52,018 nucleotides of DNA from positions 1 through 52,018 of IMG/VR virus record IMGVR_UViG_3300019874_000007, one strand, 5' to 3'. This stretch comes from a virus (Duplodnaviria > Caudoviricetes). How positions within the stretch are numbered: the first letter of the stretch is position 1; the number at the start of each line of letters is the position of its first letter. Positions 1 through 8,912 of this stretch are shown one piece after another. Made by a program: the position numbers and the translations under genes. The notes beneath the pieces were generated by a model, which saw nothing but the letters and a program-made list of their open reading frames with translations, was not told where the DNA came from and did no database searches.

Positions 1-1101
1 CGTTGCGTAGGAGTAGCCGACGCCCGCCACCGCGAGCGCGAGCCCGCCGACGAGCATGGAGGCGCTCGTGAGCGGATGCGTACCAGGGGGAGTCGGAGCG
101 GGCGGCGCGACGCCGGGCGGAGCCGAGCCCTTCGGCGCGGTCGACGGCGACTGGGACGCGGGCTTCTTCGTCGGCAGGGTGTAGGCCTGGCAGTTCTGGC
201 CACCGTTCATGGAGAGCAGGTTGTTGCCGGTGTTGTCACCGATCCACTTCATCGCGCCGCACGTCGCGGCATCGAGCTTCTGGGTGATGGGGATCGCCAA
301 GTAGCCGTAGCTGTCGAGGATGCGGTTGATGTTGTTTTGGAGATCGGCCATCTCCGCATCCTGCACGCCCCACTGGTGAGTGATGGCAGCCGTCGTCGTT
401 GCTTGACCTTGCACGACGTTGACCTGAGGGGCCACGTAGGTCGTGATGGGCTTGGATGCGCCGACGACTGTGGGGTTCGTGCCGGCGGAAGAGCCGCAGT
501 AAGCGTAGAGATCGTAGTCCGTCCACACCGTCGACTGACGCGGGGTCGTGTTGTACAGGTAGCTCGCCGCTCCGCACGTCGCAGGACCGAGCTTGCCGTC
601 AGCGGCAATCGTCTTGTAGCCGTTTCGACTGAGATCGGCGTTCAGTTGCTGCTGCGCCTTCTTCACGGTTGCCGCACCGAGCGCGGCAGTGGTCGTCGCG
701 ACGGCCGCGTACTGCCCGCAGTACTTCGGCACGCAAACCGATCCGTCGTTGGCCGACGAGAACGCCGCGGTGCAGTCGTCGACCGACATGCCGTATTGGG
801 CGGCGTTCTTGACGCAGTCGTCGTGAGCCGCTGCCCACTGCGATGCGTGGCAGTCCTGGAAGCCGGGCGCTCCCCAGCACTGCCAGGGGATTTCTCCCGG
901 GGCCGCTGACGATCCGAGGCCCTGCACGGCGCCGTTCGTGAAGTACTCGCCCATCTGGCCCTGCTGGTAGCGGGCGATGGGCGTGTAGTTCGGGAGGATG
1001 CTCCCGGCAAAGCCTCGCATCCCGCTAATCGGCGTGTAGTTCGGCATCACGCTACCGCTGAGCGGCGTCGCGTTCTTGCTCTTCGGACTGAAAATGCTCA
1101 T
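1..1101 (-). CDS. Putative virion membrane protein (runs off left edge): Cys-rich domain, two peptidoglycan-binding-like repeats, Pro linker, C-terminal TM
   Basis: Not in ORF track (no stop in window). Own translation: MSIFSPKSKN...VQGLGSS...QQQLNADLSRNGYKTIAADGKLGPATCG...LQNNINRILDSYGYLAIPITQKLDAATCG...MLVGGLALAVAGVGYSYAT. ATG 1101 directly follows the upstream stop. Confidence 0.75.
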   Translation of the reverse strand, partial: MSIFSPKSKNATPLSGSVMPNYTPISGMRGFAGSILPNYTPIARYQQGQMGEYFTNGAVQGLGSSAAPGEIPWQCWGAPGFQDCHASQWAAAHDDCVKNAAQYGMSVDDCTAAFSSANDGSVCVPKYCGQYAAVATTTAALGAATVKKAQQQLNADLSRNGYKTIAADGKLGPATCGAASYLYNTTPRQSTVWTDYDLYAYCGSSAGTNPTVVGASKPITTYVAPQVNVVQGQATTTAAITHQWGVQDAEMADLQNNINRILDSYGYLAIPITQKLDAATCGAMKWIGDNTGNNLLSMNGGQNCQAYTLPTKKPASQSPSTAPKGSAPPGVAPPAPTPPGTHPLTSASMLVGGLALAVAGVGYSYAT

Positions 1102-1104
1102 GAC

Positions 1105-1833
1105 TTAGCCTCGTCGATTCTTGATGAAATACACGGCGCCGATGGCGAGGAGCCCGCCGCCCACGAAGCCCAGAACCTTCTTCGTCCCCGAGCTCACCAT
1201 CGGCAGCGAGCTCGTCACGGGCGTCATCGACGCCGTCATCGGGATCGGTTTGGTGTTGGGCGCAGCCGGACCCGTGCCGCAGCCCTTGCTCGCGTCCTGC
1301 ACCGTCTTCACGTCTTGACAGGTCGATGGCATCGCTTGCATGCCAGCGGGGCCCGCGATGACCGATCCGCCGCACGTGGCCGGGCCGAGCTTTCCGTCCG
1401 CGATGATCGGGCAGAGGCCGGCGGCGATGAGGTTCTGGTTGATCTTGTTTTGGAGGGCGAGCGTCTGCGCGCTGTATTTCCCCCAGGGGTAGTTGGCTTG
1501 GTCGCTCGAGGCGTCGCCCAGCGTCGGAGCGCGCCCGAGACTGGGCGCGCCAGCGAGGTTCCCGTCGAAGACGCCGCCGCCGTAGCCGCCCGGACGAAAG
1601 ATCCCTTCGCCCGCATCGATCGGGTTGTTGCCGACGTTACCGAGGCCAGAGTAGGGTTTGTCGGGGATCATGTCGATGTCTCGGGGTGGAAGGAACACGG
1701 TGGTCGGTTGTTGGATCTGCGGCATGCCGAAAACGGGCCTGGCCCAGAGTCCCCCATGGAAGCGCGTCGGGTACGGATTGACGTGCATCACGTAGGGCGT
1801 CGGGACGCCAGCGGGGTATCCGGGGTTCTTCAT
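1105..1833 (-). CDS. Putative virion membrane protein with peptidoglycan-binding-like domain and C-terminal TM
   Basis: Start MKNPG (TAATG overlap); LQNKINQNLIAAGLCPIIADGKLGPATCG; C-terminal GFVGGGLLAIGAVYFIKNRRG. Confidence 0.75.
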   Translation of the reverse strand: MKNPGYPAGVPTPYVMHVNPYPTRFHGGLWARPVFGMPQIQQPTTVFLPPRDIDMIPDKPYSGLGNVGNNPIDAGEGIFRPGGYGGGVFDGNLAGAPSLGRAPTLGDASSDQANYPWGKYSAQTLALQNKINQNLIAAGLCPIIADGKLGPATCGGSVIAGPAGMQAMPSTCQDVKTVQDASKGCGTGPAAPNTKPIPMTASMTPVTSSLPMVSSGTKKVLGFVGGGLLAIGAVYFIKNRRG

Positions 1834-2399
1834 TACCGACCCTTGTGGTTGAGCGCGATCATCGACTCGATGCCGAGACCGATGGGCCCGCCCACGAGCC
1901 CTGCGACGACTCCCCACCAGCCGTAGGTCATCTCTTTGTCGCGGCTCGGCGCGACGGCTTTCCCGACGTAGTACGAGCCTACGCCCGTCAGCACGAGGCC
2001 GACCGCGACGGCCGCCACGAGGATGCCGCTCGCCGCCTGCACGGCTTGGCCGGTAGTCGCGCTGGCGGCGCTGGCGGCGTCATCGCCTAGGCCACTGACG
2101 GCACGGATGCCATTCACGAGCGGCGAGCCCGTGAAGAAGCTCCCGAGCACTCCGGAGCGCGTCGCGCCCGGAGTGGGCATGTCGTACAGGCGCGAGTACG
2201 CGCCGATACCGTCAGGTGATCCCGCCATCCCGCGCCCGAGCGGCGCCATCGGATGCGACGCAGCGTTGTACGGCGCGGCGCCGTAACCGGCGTTCGCCTG
2301 CACCATGTCGCTGTGGCGCACCGGTAGCTCCTGACCCTGGGAAGGGCCCGCCGCTATCGACACGTGCTCTGCGTCTTCTTCGTCTGAATAATCAAACAT
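1833..2399 (-). CDS. Putative virion membrane protein, two C-terminal hydrophobic segments
   Basis: Start MFDYSD; VSGLGDD motif; ILVAAVAVGLVLTGVG and WWGVVAGLVGGPIGLGI. Confidence 0.7.
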   Translation of the reverse strand: MFDYSDEEDAEHVSIAAGPSQGQELPVRHSDMVQANAGYGAAPYNAASHPMAPLGRGMAGSPDGIGAYSRLYDMPTPGATRSGVLGSFFTGSPLVNGIRAVSGLGDDAASAASATTGQAVQAASGILVAAVAVGLVLTGVGSYYVGKAVAPSRDKEMTYGWWGVVAGLVGGPIGLGIESMIALNHKGR

Positions 2400-2406
2400 G
2401 GTTTTT

Positions 2407-3111
2407 TTATTTCTTCTTCTTGAAGAGCGCGTAGAGGGCTCCAGCAGCGGCGCCCACGAGCAGCACTTTGCCGACGGTTGCGGCGGTGTTCGAGGGGATG
2501 GGGGCGGGCGCGTCACCGAAGCCGCCGAAGCCGCGCAGCCCGTGGATCCCCTGACGGATGCCTTGCGGGTTTTGCATCCAATCGGCGATGTTGACCCCCG
2601 GCATGGGCGAAGCCTCTTGCCAGCGCACGACATTCTCGGGGGTGGAGTAACGGCCCTGCTCGATGAAGGCGATCTGTGCCGCCGAGTCGAGTGACACGGC
2701 GCCCGACGGCACGCCGACGACGCGACGGCCGGTGGTGGCGTCCACGACCTCGGTCAGACTGAAGGGTACCTCGCGAGCGTGGTAGCCGGGGAGAGAATAA
2801 CGCGCGGCGAATACGCCCGCGTCCGGGTGCACGTTCGGGTGAGTGCCCGGGGGATCGAAGACGCCGTTCGACTGGATGTCGTCCATCTCGGCGAGCAGGT
2901 TGAGCTCGTTGGAAGCCCAACCTGGATCGGAGGATTCGTCGGACACATCCATATCGGTGCCGGCGAGGCGGCGGCCGTAGCGGCGATCGAAGGGCGCACT
3001 GTACGCCTCGCTCGTCCCTGACGAGTAGCGCGTGTCGCTCGGGCCGACCGCGACCATGGACGGAAGATCGCCCGTGTATGGCTGCGCGGGGTAGCGGGGG
3101 TAATTCGGCAT
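2407..3111 (-). CDS. Putative virion membrane protein with C-terminal TM and Lys tail
   Basis: 234 aa; LRGFGGFGD; VLLVGAAAGALYALFKKKK. Confidence 0.75.
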   Translation of the reverse strand: MPNYPRYPAQPYTGDLPSMVAVGPSDTRYSSGTSEAYSAPFDRRYGRRLAGTDMDVSDESSDPGWASNELNLLAEMDDIQSNGVFDPPGTHPNVHPDAGVFAARYSLPGYHAREVPFSLTEVVDATTGRRVVGVPSGAVSLDSAAQIAFIEQGRYSTPENVVRWQEASPMPGVNIADWMQNPQGIRQGIHGLRGFGGFGDAPAPIPSNTAATVGKVLLVGAAAGALYALFKKKK

Positions 3112-3135
3112 GGGGATCTTTTTTCTTTTTCTCTT

Positions 3136-3639
3136 TTAGCCGGTCGCGATTTTGTAGACGACGGCTGCCGCGACACCGAGGCCAATGATGAGGCCCCAAT
3201 TTCTTTGGTAGGTCTGTGCTACCACCGTGGGCGCGAGCGACGAGGCGCAGTAGCTGACCGATACTGTGCCCCAGGCGCCGGTCTTCGATTGCCGAGGGAC
3301 CTTTTCGCTCAGGAGCGTCTGACCCGAGGGGCATGGATCGGGCGGGTACTGCGATGGCGACGACGACGGGGGAAAGCAGATCTTCCCGGGCGCGGTCAGG
3401 ATCGCATCCGCCAGCGTGCAGGGGTCGCTTGGGTCGGTGGAGGTGGGTTTTCCGCCTTGCGCGTTGCAAGCTTTTTGGGAAGCCGACCAAGCTTTCGGCT
3501 CGAGGCATTCGAGGCACGTGCAGGTGCTCGGATCCGAGCACGAGACCTTGTAACCCTGGGCGCAGAGCGACCCTGTCGCGGGCGCACCGAGGCCGGCGCT
3601 CGCGATCGATCGGGGGTGGAAGGTCGGAGAATAACTCAT
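3136..3639 (-). CDS. Cys-rich putative virion membrane protein with C-terminal TM
   Basis: Start MSYSPTF; AGLGA motif; about 10 Cys; WGLIIGLGVAAAVVYK. Confidence 0.7.
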   Translation of the reverse strand: MSYSPTFHPRSIASAGLGAPATGSLCAQGYKVSCSDPSTCTCLECLEPKAWSASQKACNAQGGKPTSTDPSDPCTLADAILTAPGKICFPPSSSPSQYPPDPCPSGQTLLSEKVPRQSKTGAWGTVSVSYCASSLAPTVVAQTYQRNWGLIIGLGVAAAVVYKIATG

Positions 3640-3644
3640 GCGGG

Positions 3645-4013
3645 TTAGGATGGCTTCTTCTTCGTTGCGAAGTAGAGCGCGGCGCTGGCGGCGGCGAGCG
3701 CGGCCAGCAGGCCCCAGCGGCTGAAGCCGCCCGCGGTGACGACTGATGCCGTCGCGGGGGTGGTATTGCCCGGAGTTGTGGGCACGTAGGGCGCCGGTGT
3801 CGAGAACACCGGGCAGGGCGTCTGGCTCGCGATCACACAGGGATCGTTTGGGTCCGGGGCGGCCGTGTTGATGTTGAGATCGCCGAGTCCGCGAAGCGTA
3901 CGCAGGTTGACTCGGCCCATCTCCACGTAGCCGAGTCCCTTGACGGATGCCGCGCGAGCGGCACAGGCGACCCGAGCGGCGTTCCAGACTTTGTTGTCGA
4001 TGCAGGCTGCCAT
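3645..4013 (-). CDS. Small putative virion membrane protein with C-terminal TM
   Basis: 122 aa; VKGLG and LRGLGD; WGLLAALAAASAALYFATKKK. Confidence 0.75.
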   Translation of the reverse strand: MAACIDNKVWNAARVACAARAASVKGLGYVEMGRVNLRTLRGLGDLNINTAAPDPNDPCVIASQTPCPVFSTPAPYVPTTPGNTTPATASVVTAGGFSRWGLLAALAAASAALYFATKKKPS

Positions 4014-4754
4014 TTAGGATGCTTTCGGCTTTTTGAAGGTGCGGTACAGGGCGTAGCCGCCGCCGGCGATCACGACCAGGATGAGCCCATTTTTGACGAG
4101 GCCTGCGCTCTTGGTTGATACTTGGGGGACGGAGCTGGAGGTGGGGATCGAAGATGCGGGTGGCGGCACCGAAAATGGCCCCGTTGATTGCGGCGTCGCG
4201 CTCGCGGGGGGAGGCGCGGGGGGACGGGGCTCCGGGCGCAATGTGGGCGGCAGGGGCATGGCCGGGCGAGCGGGCGGCGGACCGAGCGATGGCGGCAGGG
4301 CGATCGGGGGCGGGCAGACCGGAAGCAACGCGAGCGCGCACGGTGACCCCGAGGGGTCGGCGCCGAGCCCCTTGACGGTTGCTGAGATGCGGGCGCAGTC
4401 GGCCTGCCAGGCATTGTGCTGGGCCTGCGAGACGCAGCCTGGGTAGCCCGCGGGGAGCACCGCGCCTTGAGCCACCGCAGCGGAGTTTGCCTTGGCCTTG
4501 GCGGCATTTTGCTGATTGATGGCGACGAGGGCCGCCGATCGGGCGGCGTTCTGGGCGGTGTAGGCCGCCATTGCGGCGGCGTAGCTTGATGACGCGCCGG
4601 CTGATTGCGCCGCGTAGCCCTGGATCGCGCGATCGTAGGCAGCCTTCTCTTTGAGCCAGGCATCGTGGTCGTTTTGATAGGCGACCATCGCGCTCGCGTA
4701 CACGCCCGAGGCGTCGCCCATTCCAGCGAGTTTCCCCGAAAATTCGTAGCTCAT
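4014..4754 (-). CDS. Ala-rich helical, Pro-rich putative virion membrane protein with C-terminal TM
   Basis: 246 aa; LAGMGD and VKGLGA; LILVVIAGGGYALYRTFKK. Confidence 0.75.
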   Translation of the reverse strand: MSYEFSGKLAGMGDASGVYASAMVAYQNDHDAWLKEKAAYDRAIQGYAAQSAGASSSYAAAMAAYTAQNAARSAALVAINQQNAAKAKANSAAVAQGAVLPAGYPGCVSQAQHNAWQADCARISATVKGLGADPSGSPCALALLPVCPPPIALPPSLGPPPARPAMPLPPTLRPEPRPPAPPPASATPQSTGPFSVPPPASSIPTSSSVPQVSTKSAGLVKNGLILVVIAGGGYALYRTFKKPKAS

Positions 4755-5287
4755 CCGATGCTCCAGATCTTGTAGGTCGTGACGCGCTTCAGCATCGAAG
4801 CTTCATCGGTACCCGCCACCGGATCGACGATGATCCACTTGTTGCTCTTGGGCTCGAGGGCCCGCGCGAACACGTGCGCGAAGGATCCTGGACGACCGAA
4901 GCCGACGGTCACGTACGTCACGTCGCGACCGAGCTGGCGGCAGAGGGTGCCGATGAGGAGCGCGATTTCGTCGCAGTCGGCGACGGCGCGCCCGCGCTGC
5001 ACGATCTCCTCGCACATGCGCTCGGGATCTTGCACCTGCTCGACGGCGGAGGCGTCGTTCGAGTACTTGACTTTTTCGGCGACGAAGTTCCGGACGGCCA
5101 AGATCTCCGAGAAATAGTCCTTGGGCGCGAGATCTCGGATGATGTGATCCTTGAGGGATCGCACGAGCGTCGACTGCTCGCCACGCGACCCGACCGTCAT
5201 CGACACCATCATTTTGATCGTGTCTTCTGGCCCATGAAAGGGCGCGATCTGGGTCGGATAGGTAGAGGCGATGGCGAGTGCGGGCAT
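4751..5287 (-). CDS. Transglutaminase-like cysteine protease family protein
   Basis: ADCDEIALL (Cys), HVF (His), IVDP (Asp) triad in the order typical of the transglutaminase-like core. Confidence 0.85.
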   Translation of the reverse strand: MPALAIASTYPTQIAPFHGPEDTIKMMVSMTVGSRGEQSTLVRSLKDHIIRDLAPKDYFSEILAVRNFVAEKVKYSNDASAVEQVQDPERMCEEIVQRGRAVADCDEIALLIGTLCRQLGRDVTYVTVGFGRPGSFAHVFARALEPKSNKWIIVDPVAGTDEASMLKRVTTYKIWSIG

Positions 5288-5346
5288 GGGTCGGCCTACG
5301 CAGACCTGCCTGAATCGCTCACACGCCGCGAACAGTCTGTGAGGAC

Positions 5347-5387
5347 AAGCCTACCCGGGCTACGGGATCCTTCGCAACTTTTCGGGT
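5347..5387 (-). promoter_or_regulatory. Putative late/structural promoter, copy 1 of a 41-bp motif
   Basis: ACCCGAAAAG-TTGCGA-N18-TAGGCTT; same layout at 43676 and 48553. Confidence 0.7.
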
Positions 5388-5412
5388 CGAGAACGATGTT
5401 TCTGGCGCAAGC

Positions 5413-5682
5413 CTACATCCCGGGCGGCGCGCCGGGGCGATGATGCCGGCAGAAACGGCTCCCCTTTGGCTTGTCGCAGGCGCTGCCCGCCACTGGGCAC
5501 TCTCCCGCCTGCACCCGCGTCATCCACCACTCAAGGCCCTCTCTCGTGATCTCTTGGCCCACGTGGGCTTCGTAGGACTCGAAGAGCCGGAGCTCTTCTT
5601 GCCAGAGGAGCGGCAGGCCGCGCCAGAGGGCGGCTGCGAGATCACCCAAAGAAGTCTCTCCGTTCGGGTCCCTTTGTTTCAT
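5413..5682 (-). CDS. Hypothetical protein with C-terminal Cys/His cluster
   Basis: 89 aa; C-x5-C...FCRHH. Confidence 0.55.
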   Translation of the reverse strand: MKQRDPNGETSLGDLAAALWRGLPLLWQEELRLFESYEAHVGQEITREGLEWWMTRVQAGECPVAGSACDKPKGSRFCRHHRPGAPPGM

Positions 5683-5804
5683 GTCGGACCGTTTCCGGCT
5701 GGGAAGGCGAACCCACCGGTCGTTACCTTGGACGCGGGATCTCCCGAAGGTGAGGGATCACTACCCCCTCACCACGCGCAACATACGGTCTCCGAACGGA
5801 GAGA
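5655..5804 (-). other. Candidate structured RNA element
   Basis: Perfect 13-bp inverted repeat 5655-5667 / 5792-5804 enclosing further stems. Confidence 0.3.
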
Positions 5805-5808
5805 TCTT

Positions 5809-8388
5809 TCATGCGCCGCTGACTTTCTTCTTCAGCTCATCGAAGAGGGCGCGCAGGTATTTTTTGCCGTCTCGGCGGAGGAAAGGCGAGTCGGGGTGCC
5901 CCGAGCGGGTGATGGCGAGGACCACGCGCTCGGCGTCCACTTTGCTCACGAGATCGGCGACTACTTCTGGGCCGAATTGCGTCAGCAAATGCTCGGCGAG
6001 GATTGGCACGGGCACGGAAGCTGCGTATTGCGGCGCGAGCATCTGCTCGGCTTGCAGGAGCTGTTGATCTTCGGCGAATGCCTGCTGATCGGCGGCCGAG
6101 GGCATCTCTGGCGGCGGGACCGTCTGGGGGGGCGCGACGCTCGGCGAGGGAGCGGGTGGCGGAGGAGCGGCCGGGATCTGCACCGCGTATTGCGGCTGCA
6201 TCGGCATGACGGACGCGAGCGGTTGCATCTGGGGCGATATGGGCGGAGCGAAGGCATTCGGGGACTGCTCGACGTGCACCTCCTGTGCCGGCTGAAACTG
6301 TGGCTGCGGGGGGATAGCGTAGGGATCCATACCCGGCAGCACGACGGGGGCCGTGTTGACTTCTGACATGTGGCGCGGGACATAGCCTGAGCCCCCGCCC
6401 GAAGCGAGCTGCGGGGCGGCGCGCCGACGCGCGTGCGAGGGCGGCAGTTGCCGCTCGGCCCCGAATTGTCCCGCCTGCTCGACCATCTCGGCGCGGCCCG
6501 CGGCGCGCGCGGCCTGGAGCTCGGCGACGTTCCTCGTCTTGAACATCTCGCCCACGTTCTGGACGATGCCGGGGAGGTTTTGCACGAGACCCCCACCCAT
6601 CTGCATCAGCATCTGGGGGATCGTCTGGGGCTCGGCGCCCGCTTGATCGGCCGGCACCATACCGAGGGCTTCGGCCTGCTCTTTGATCTTCTCGATGCGG
6701 CCGAGCGGATCTTTGTTCTCCTCGGCTTCTTTCTTCCAGCGATCGACATCCTGCGCTGTCCGCTTGACCTCCGACTTTTGCGTCTCGAGCCGCATGTCGT
6801 AGGTGTTCTTGAGGGACTCCATCGCCATCTGGTTTTGGGCCTTGAATCCTTCCACGTCGCGCGCGTGGTTGCGCGCTTCGGATGCCATGGCGTCGGTGTG
6901 GATGCGGTGCATGTCGCTCACGCGGCGCTCGCCGTCCTCTTTGGCCCGCGCGACTTCGCGATCAGCGCGATCCCGCAAATCTCGTTCGAGGGTCTCGAAG
7001 CGTTTCTCGACTTCACGAATGCGCTCGGCTGAGCGCGCTTGCTCATCACGAATGCGCAGATCGGCGCGCGCCTCGGCATCCTTGATGAGGGACGCCGCAC
7101 GCGCAGCGTCATCGCGAGCGGCATTTTGGAGACGCTCGATCTCGCGCGCGTGTTGCTCACGGATGGCCTCCGAGTTGTCGGGTTTCCCGATGATGCCGGC
7201 GATCTTGGCAACGCGATCCAGATCGTCGGGTTGCTTGCGACTCTCCAAAGAACGGATGCGCTCTTCGAATTCTTCCTTGTCTGCGAGACGCTGATCGGCG
7301 ATCTCCCGCTCGCGTAGCATCATCTGCTCGCGGAGCGCAGCCTCGCGAGCCGAGGCCTCTTTCTGCGACGCCATAAACATCTGCATCAGGCTTGATTCGG
7401 TCTGAGCTTTCTCCTTCAAAGCTTGCTTGGCCTCGGAGCGCTCACGCTCTTCGCGGGTCTCTGACCGGATCTCTCGCGCGGCGGTCACCTCGAGCTGCGC
7501 CTTGTCGATGTGAGCATCCGCCATCGACGCTGGGCCGCGCCTGCCCGACAGGGGGATATTTGGAAAACCGGATGCGGGGGCTTGGCTCATGTCGTCGTCT
7601 CCATCATACACTTCACTGGCGGAGCTGGGAGCCCCAGGAAAGACTACCGTGATCGCTTCGGTGAGCGCCTTCGGCTGCACGCGGCCATCGGCCTGCATGT
7701 TCACGGAAGCGCGCTTGCTCGGGCCATACACGATGAGCCGGTAGGTGCCGCCCCCATACCAGTACTGCCACTGCTCGAGGGTGAGGGGGGCCGAGATGGG
7801 CCGAAGCATCCCGTCCACCTTGCGACCGCTGAAGGTCTTCGGCAGTTTGCGCTCGACGTAAATGAACCAATTGTACCCGTCGAGCTGCGGGAACAAGCTG
7901 AACAAGTCGAAAATCGTCTGCGGCGGGGCTTTGCCCAGAAGAAAATCAGGCGCGTCGTCGAGACCGACGAGCGGACTCATCGACATCGTCTCTTCGCGCT
8001 TCTCGGCGTCGGGCTCGGGGTGCGGCACTACGGCCGCCCCATCAGTGAAGAGCTCCATTCGCTCAGCAATTGCCTGGGCATGCGAGGGCTCTTGGGGCTC
8101 TTCGCTAGCCTCCTGAAGTGCGCGGAGGAGATGAGCGTTTTCTTCGATGACGCGCGCTTGCTTCGGGTCGAGGTGTTTCCGCGCAATGTTCTCGAGCGTG
8201 AGCTTCGGGGCCGGAGGCTCAGGCTCTAGCTCATGAGAGTTCTCGCGCGAGACGCGCGTGACGCGCGTCAGCCGCTGCCCACTGGCCTCGATCTGATCGG
8301 ACAGATCAGGAACGAGCCGCTGCTTCCGAGACTTTTTCTCGGAAGCAGATTCGTTCGTCGGATTCGAAGCAGTGGGCGGAGCGGGCAT
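5809..8388 (-). CDS. Large coiled-coil protein with Pro/Gln-rich C-terminal region (putative morphogenesis/scaffold)
   Basis: 859 aa; globular WYGGGTYRLIVYGP segment; ~300-aa E/R/A-rich coiled coil; P/Q-rich linker. Confidence 0.75.
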   Translation of the reverse strand: MPAPPTASNPTNESASEKKSRKQRLVPDLSDQIEASGQRLTRVTRVSRENSHELEPEPPAPKLTLENIARKHLDPKQARVIEENAHLLRALQEASEEPQEPSHAQAIAERMELFTDGAAVVPHPEPDAEKREETMSMSPLVGLDDAPDFLLGKAPPQTIFDLFSLFPQLDGYNWFIYVERKLPKTFSGRKVDGMLRPISAPLTLEQWQYWYGGGTYRLIVYGPSKRASVNMQADGRVQPKALTEAITVVFPGAPSSASEVYDGDDDMSQAPASGFPNIPLSGRRGPASMADAHIDKAQLEVTAAREIRSETREERERSEAKQALKEKAQTESSLMQMFMASQKEASAREAALREQMMLREREIADQRLADKEEFEERIRSLESRKQPDDLDRVAKIAGIIGKPDNSEAIREQHAREIERLQNAARDDAARAASLIKDAEARADLRIRDEQARSAERIREVEKRFETLERDLRDRADREVARAKEDGERRVSDMHRIHTDAMASEARNHARDVEGFKAQNQMAMESLKNTYDMRLETQKSEVKRTAQDVDRWKKEAEENKDPLGRIEKIKEQAEALGMVPADQAGAEPQTIPQMLMQMGGGLVQNLPGIVQNVGEMFKTRNVAELQAARAAGRAEMVEQAGQFGAERQLPPSHARRRAAPQLASGGGSGYVPRHMSEVNTAPVVLPGMDPYAIPPQPQFQPAQEVHVEQSPNAFAPPISPQMQPLASVMPMQPQYAVQIPAAPPPPAPSPSVAPPQTVPPPEMPSAADQQAFAEDQQLLQAEQMLAPQYAASVPVPILAEHLLTQFGPEVVADLVSKVDAERVVLAITRSGHPDSPFLRRDGKKYLRALFDELKKKVSGA

Positions 8389-8912
8389 CAGTTGCTCTCG
8401 GGCGTCGTCTCGGTTTCTTCCTCTTCCTCGTCGTCGTCGCCCGCTTCGGTCGACTCGTCGATGAACGTAATCGCTTCGGCAGCGCGCGCCTTGAGCGCCG
8501 CGAGCGCGGCGTCATCCGGCTCGGTCGGATCGCGCAGGTTCTGGACGAGCGAGAGGATCGTGGTCTTCAATCGCAGCGCATCCTCGGGCAAGATCGTTGT
8601 GCCAGCGAGCCCTTCCTTCAGCGCATCCAGGTCTTCGTCGACTTCGGCTGCCCACTCTAGGCTCTCGAACGTCGACTGGAACATCAGCGCCGCGATGTCG
8701 GCCTGCAGCGACACCATCTCCTTGACCTCAGCGGCGAGGCCTGGGAGATCGAGCGTGCCGGAGGCGATCTTCTTCACGAGCGAATCGTAGGCGCTCTTGG
8801 CGTCGTCCCTCAGGAGCTGGATGCTCTTGAGCACGTCGTCGTCGTTGTCTTGTGCAGGGACTGCTTTGATTGCTGGCATGAGGATCGCTTTCTTTTTTTT
8901 GGTGAGATTCAC
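8388..8912 (-). CDS. Acidic helical hypothetical protein
   Basis: 174 aa; overlaps both neighbours; D/E-rich tail. Confidence 0.7.
   Translation of the reverse strand: MNLTKKKKAILMPAIKAVPAQDNDDDVLKSIQLLRDDAKSAYDSLVKKIASGTLDLPGLAAEVKEMVSLQADIAALMFQSTFESLEWAAEVDEDLDALKEGLAGTTILPEDALRLKTTILSLVQNLRDPTEPDDAALAALKARAAEAITFIDESTEAGDDDEEEEETETTPESN

Noticed and set aside
76-909. 277-aa plus-strand ORF and many other long antisense ORFs (e.g. 30331-31584, 14082-14858)
   Set aside because: Shadow frames of real opposite-strand genes; stop codons are scarce at this GC content.
1-4754. C-terminal TM plus basic tails as MYXO-CTERM/PEP-CTERM sorting signals
   Set aside because: No signature motif before the TM and no N-terminal signal peptides; virion membrane anchors fit better, although this is not excluded.
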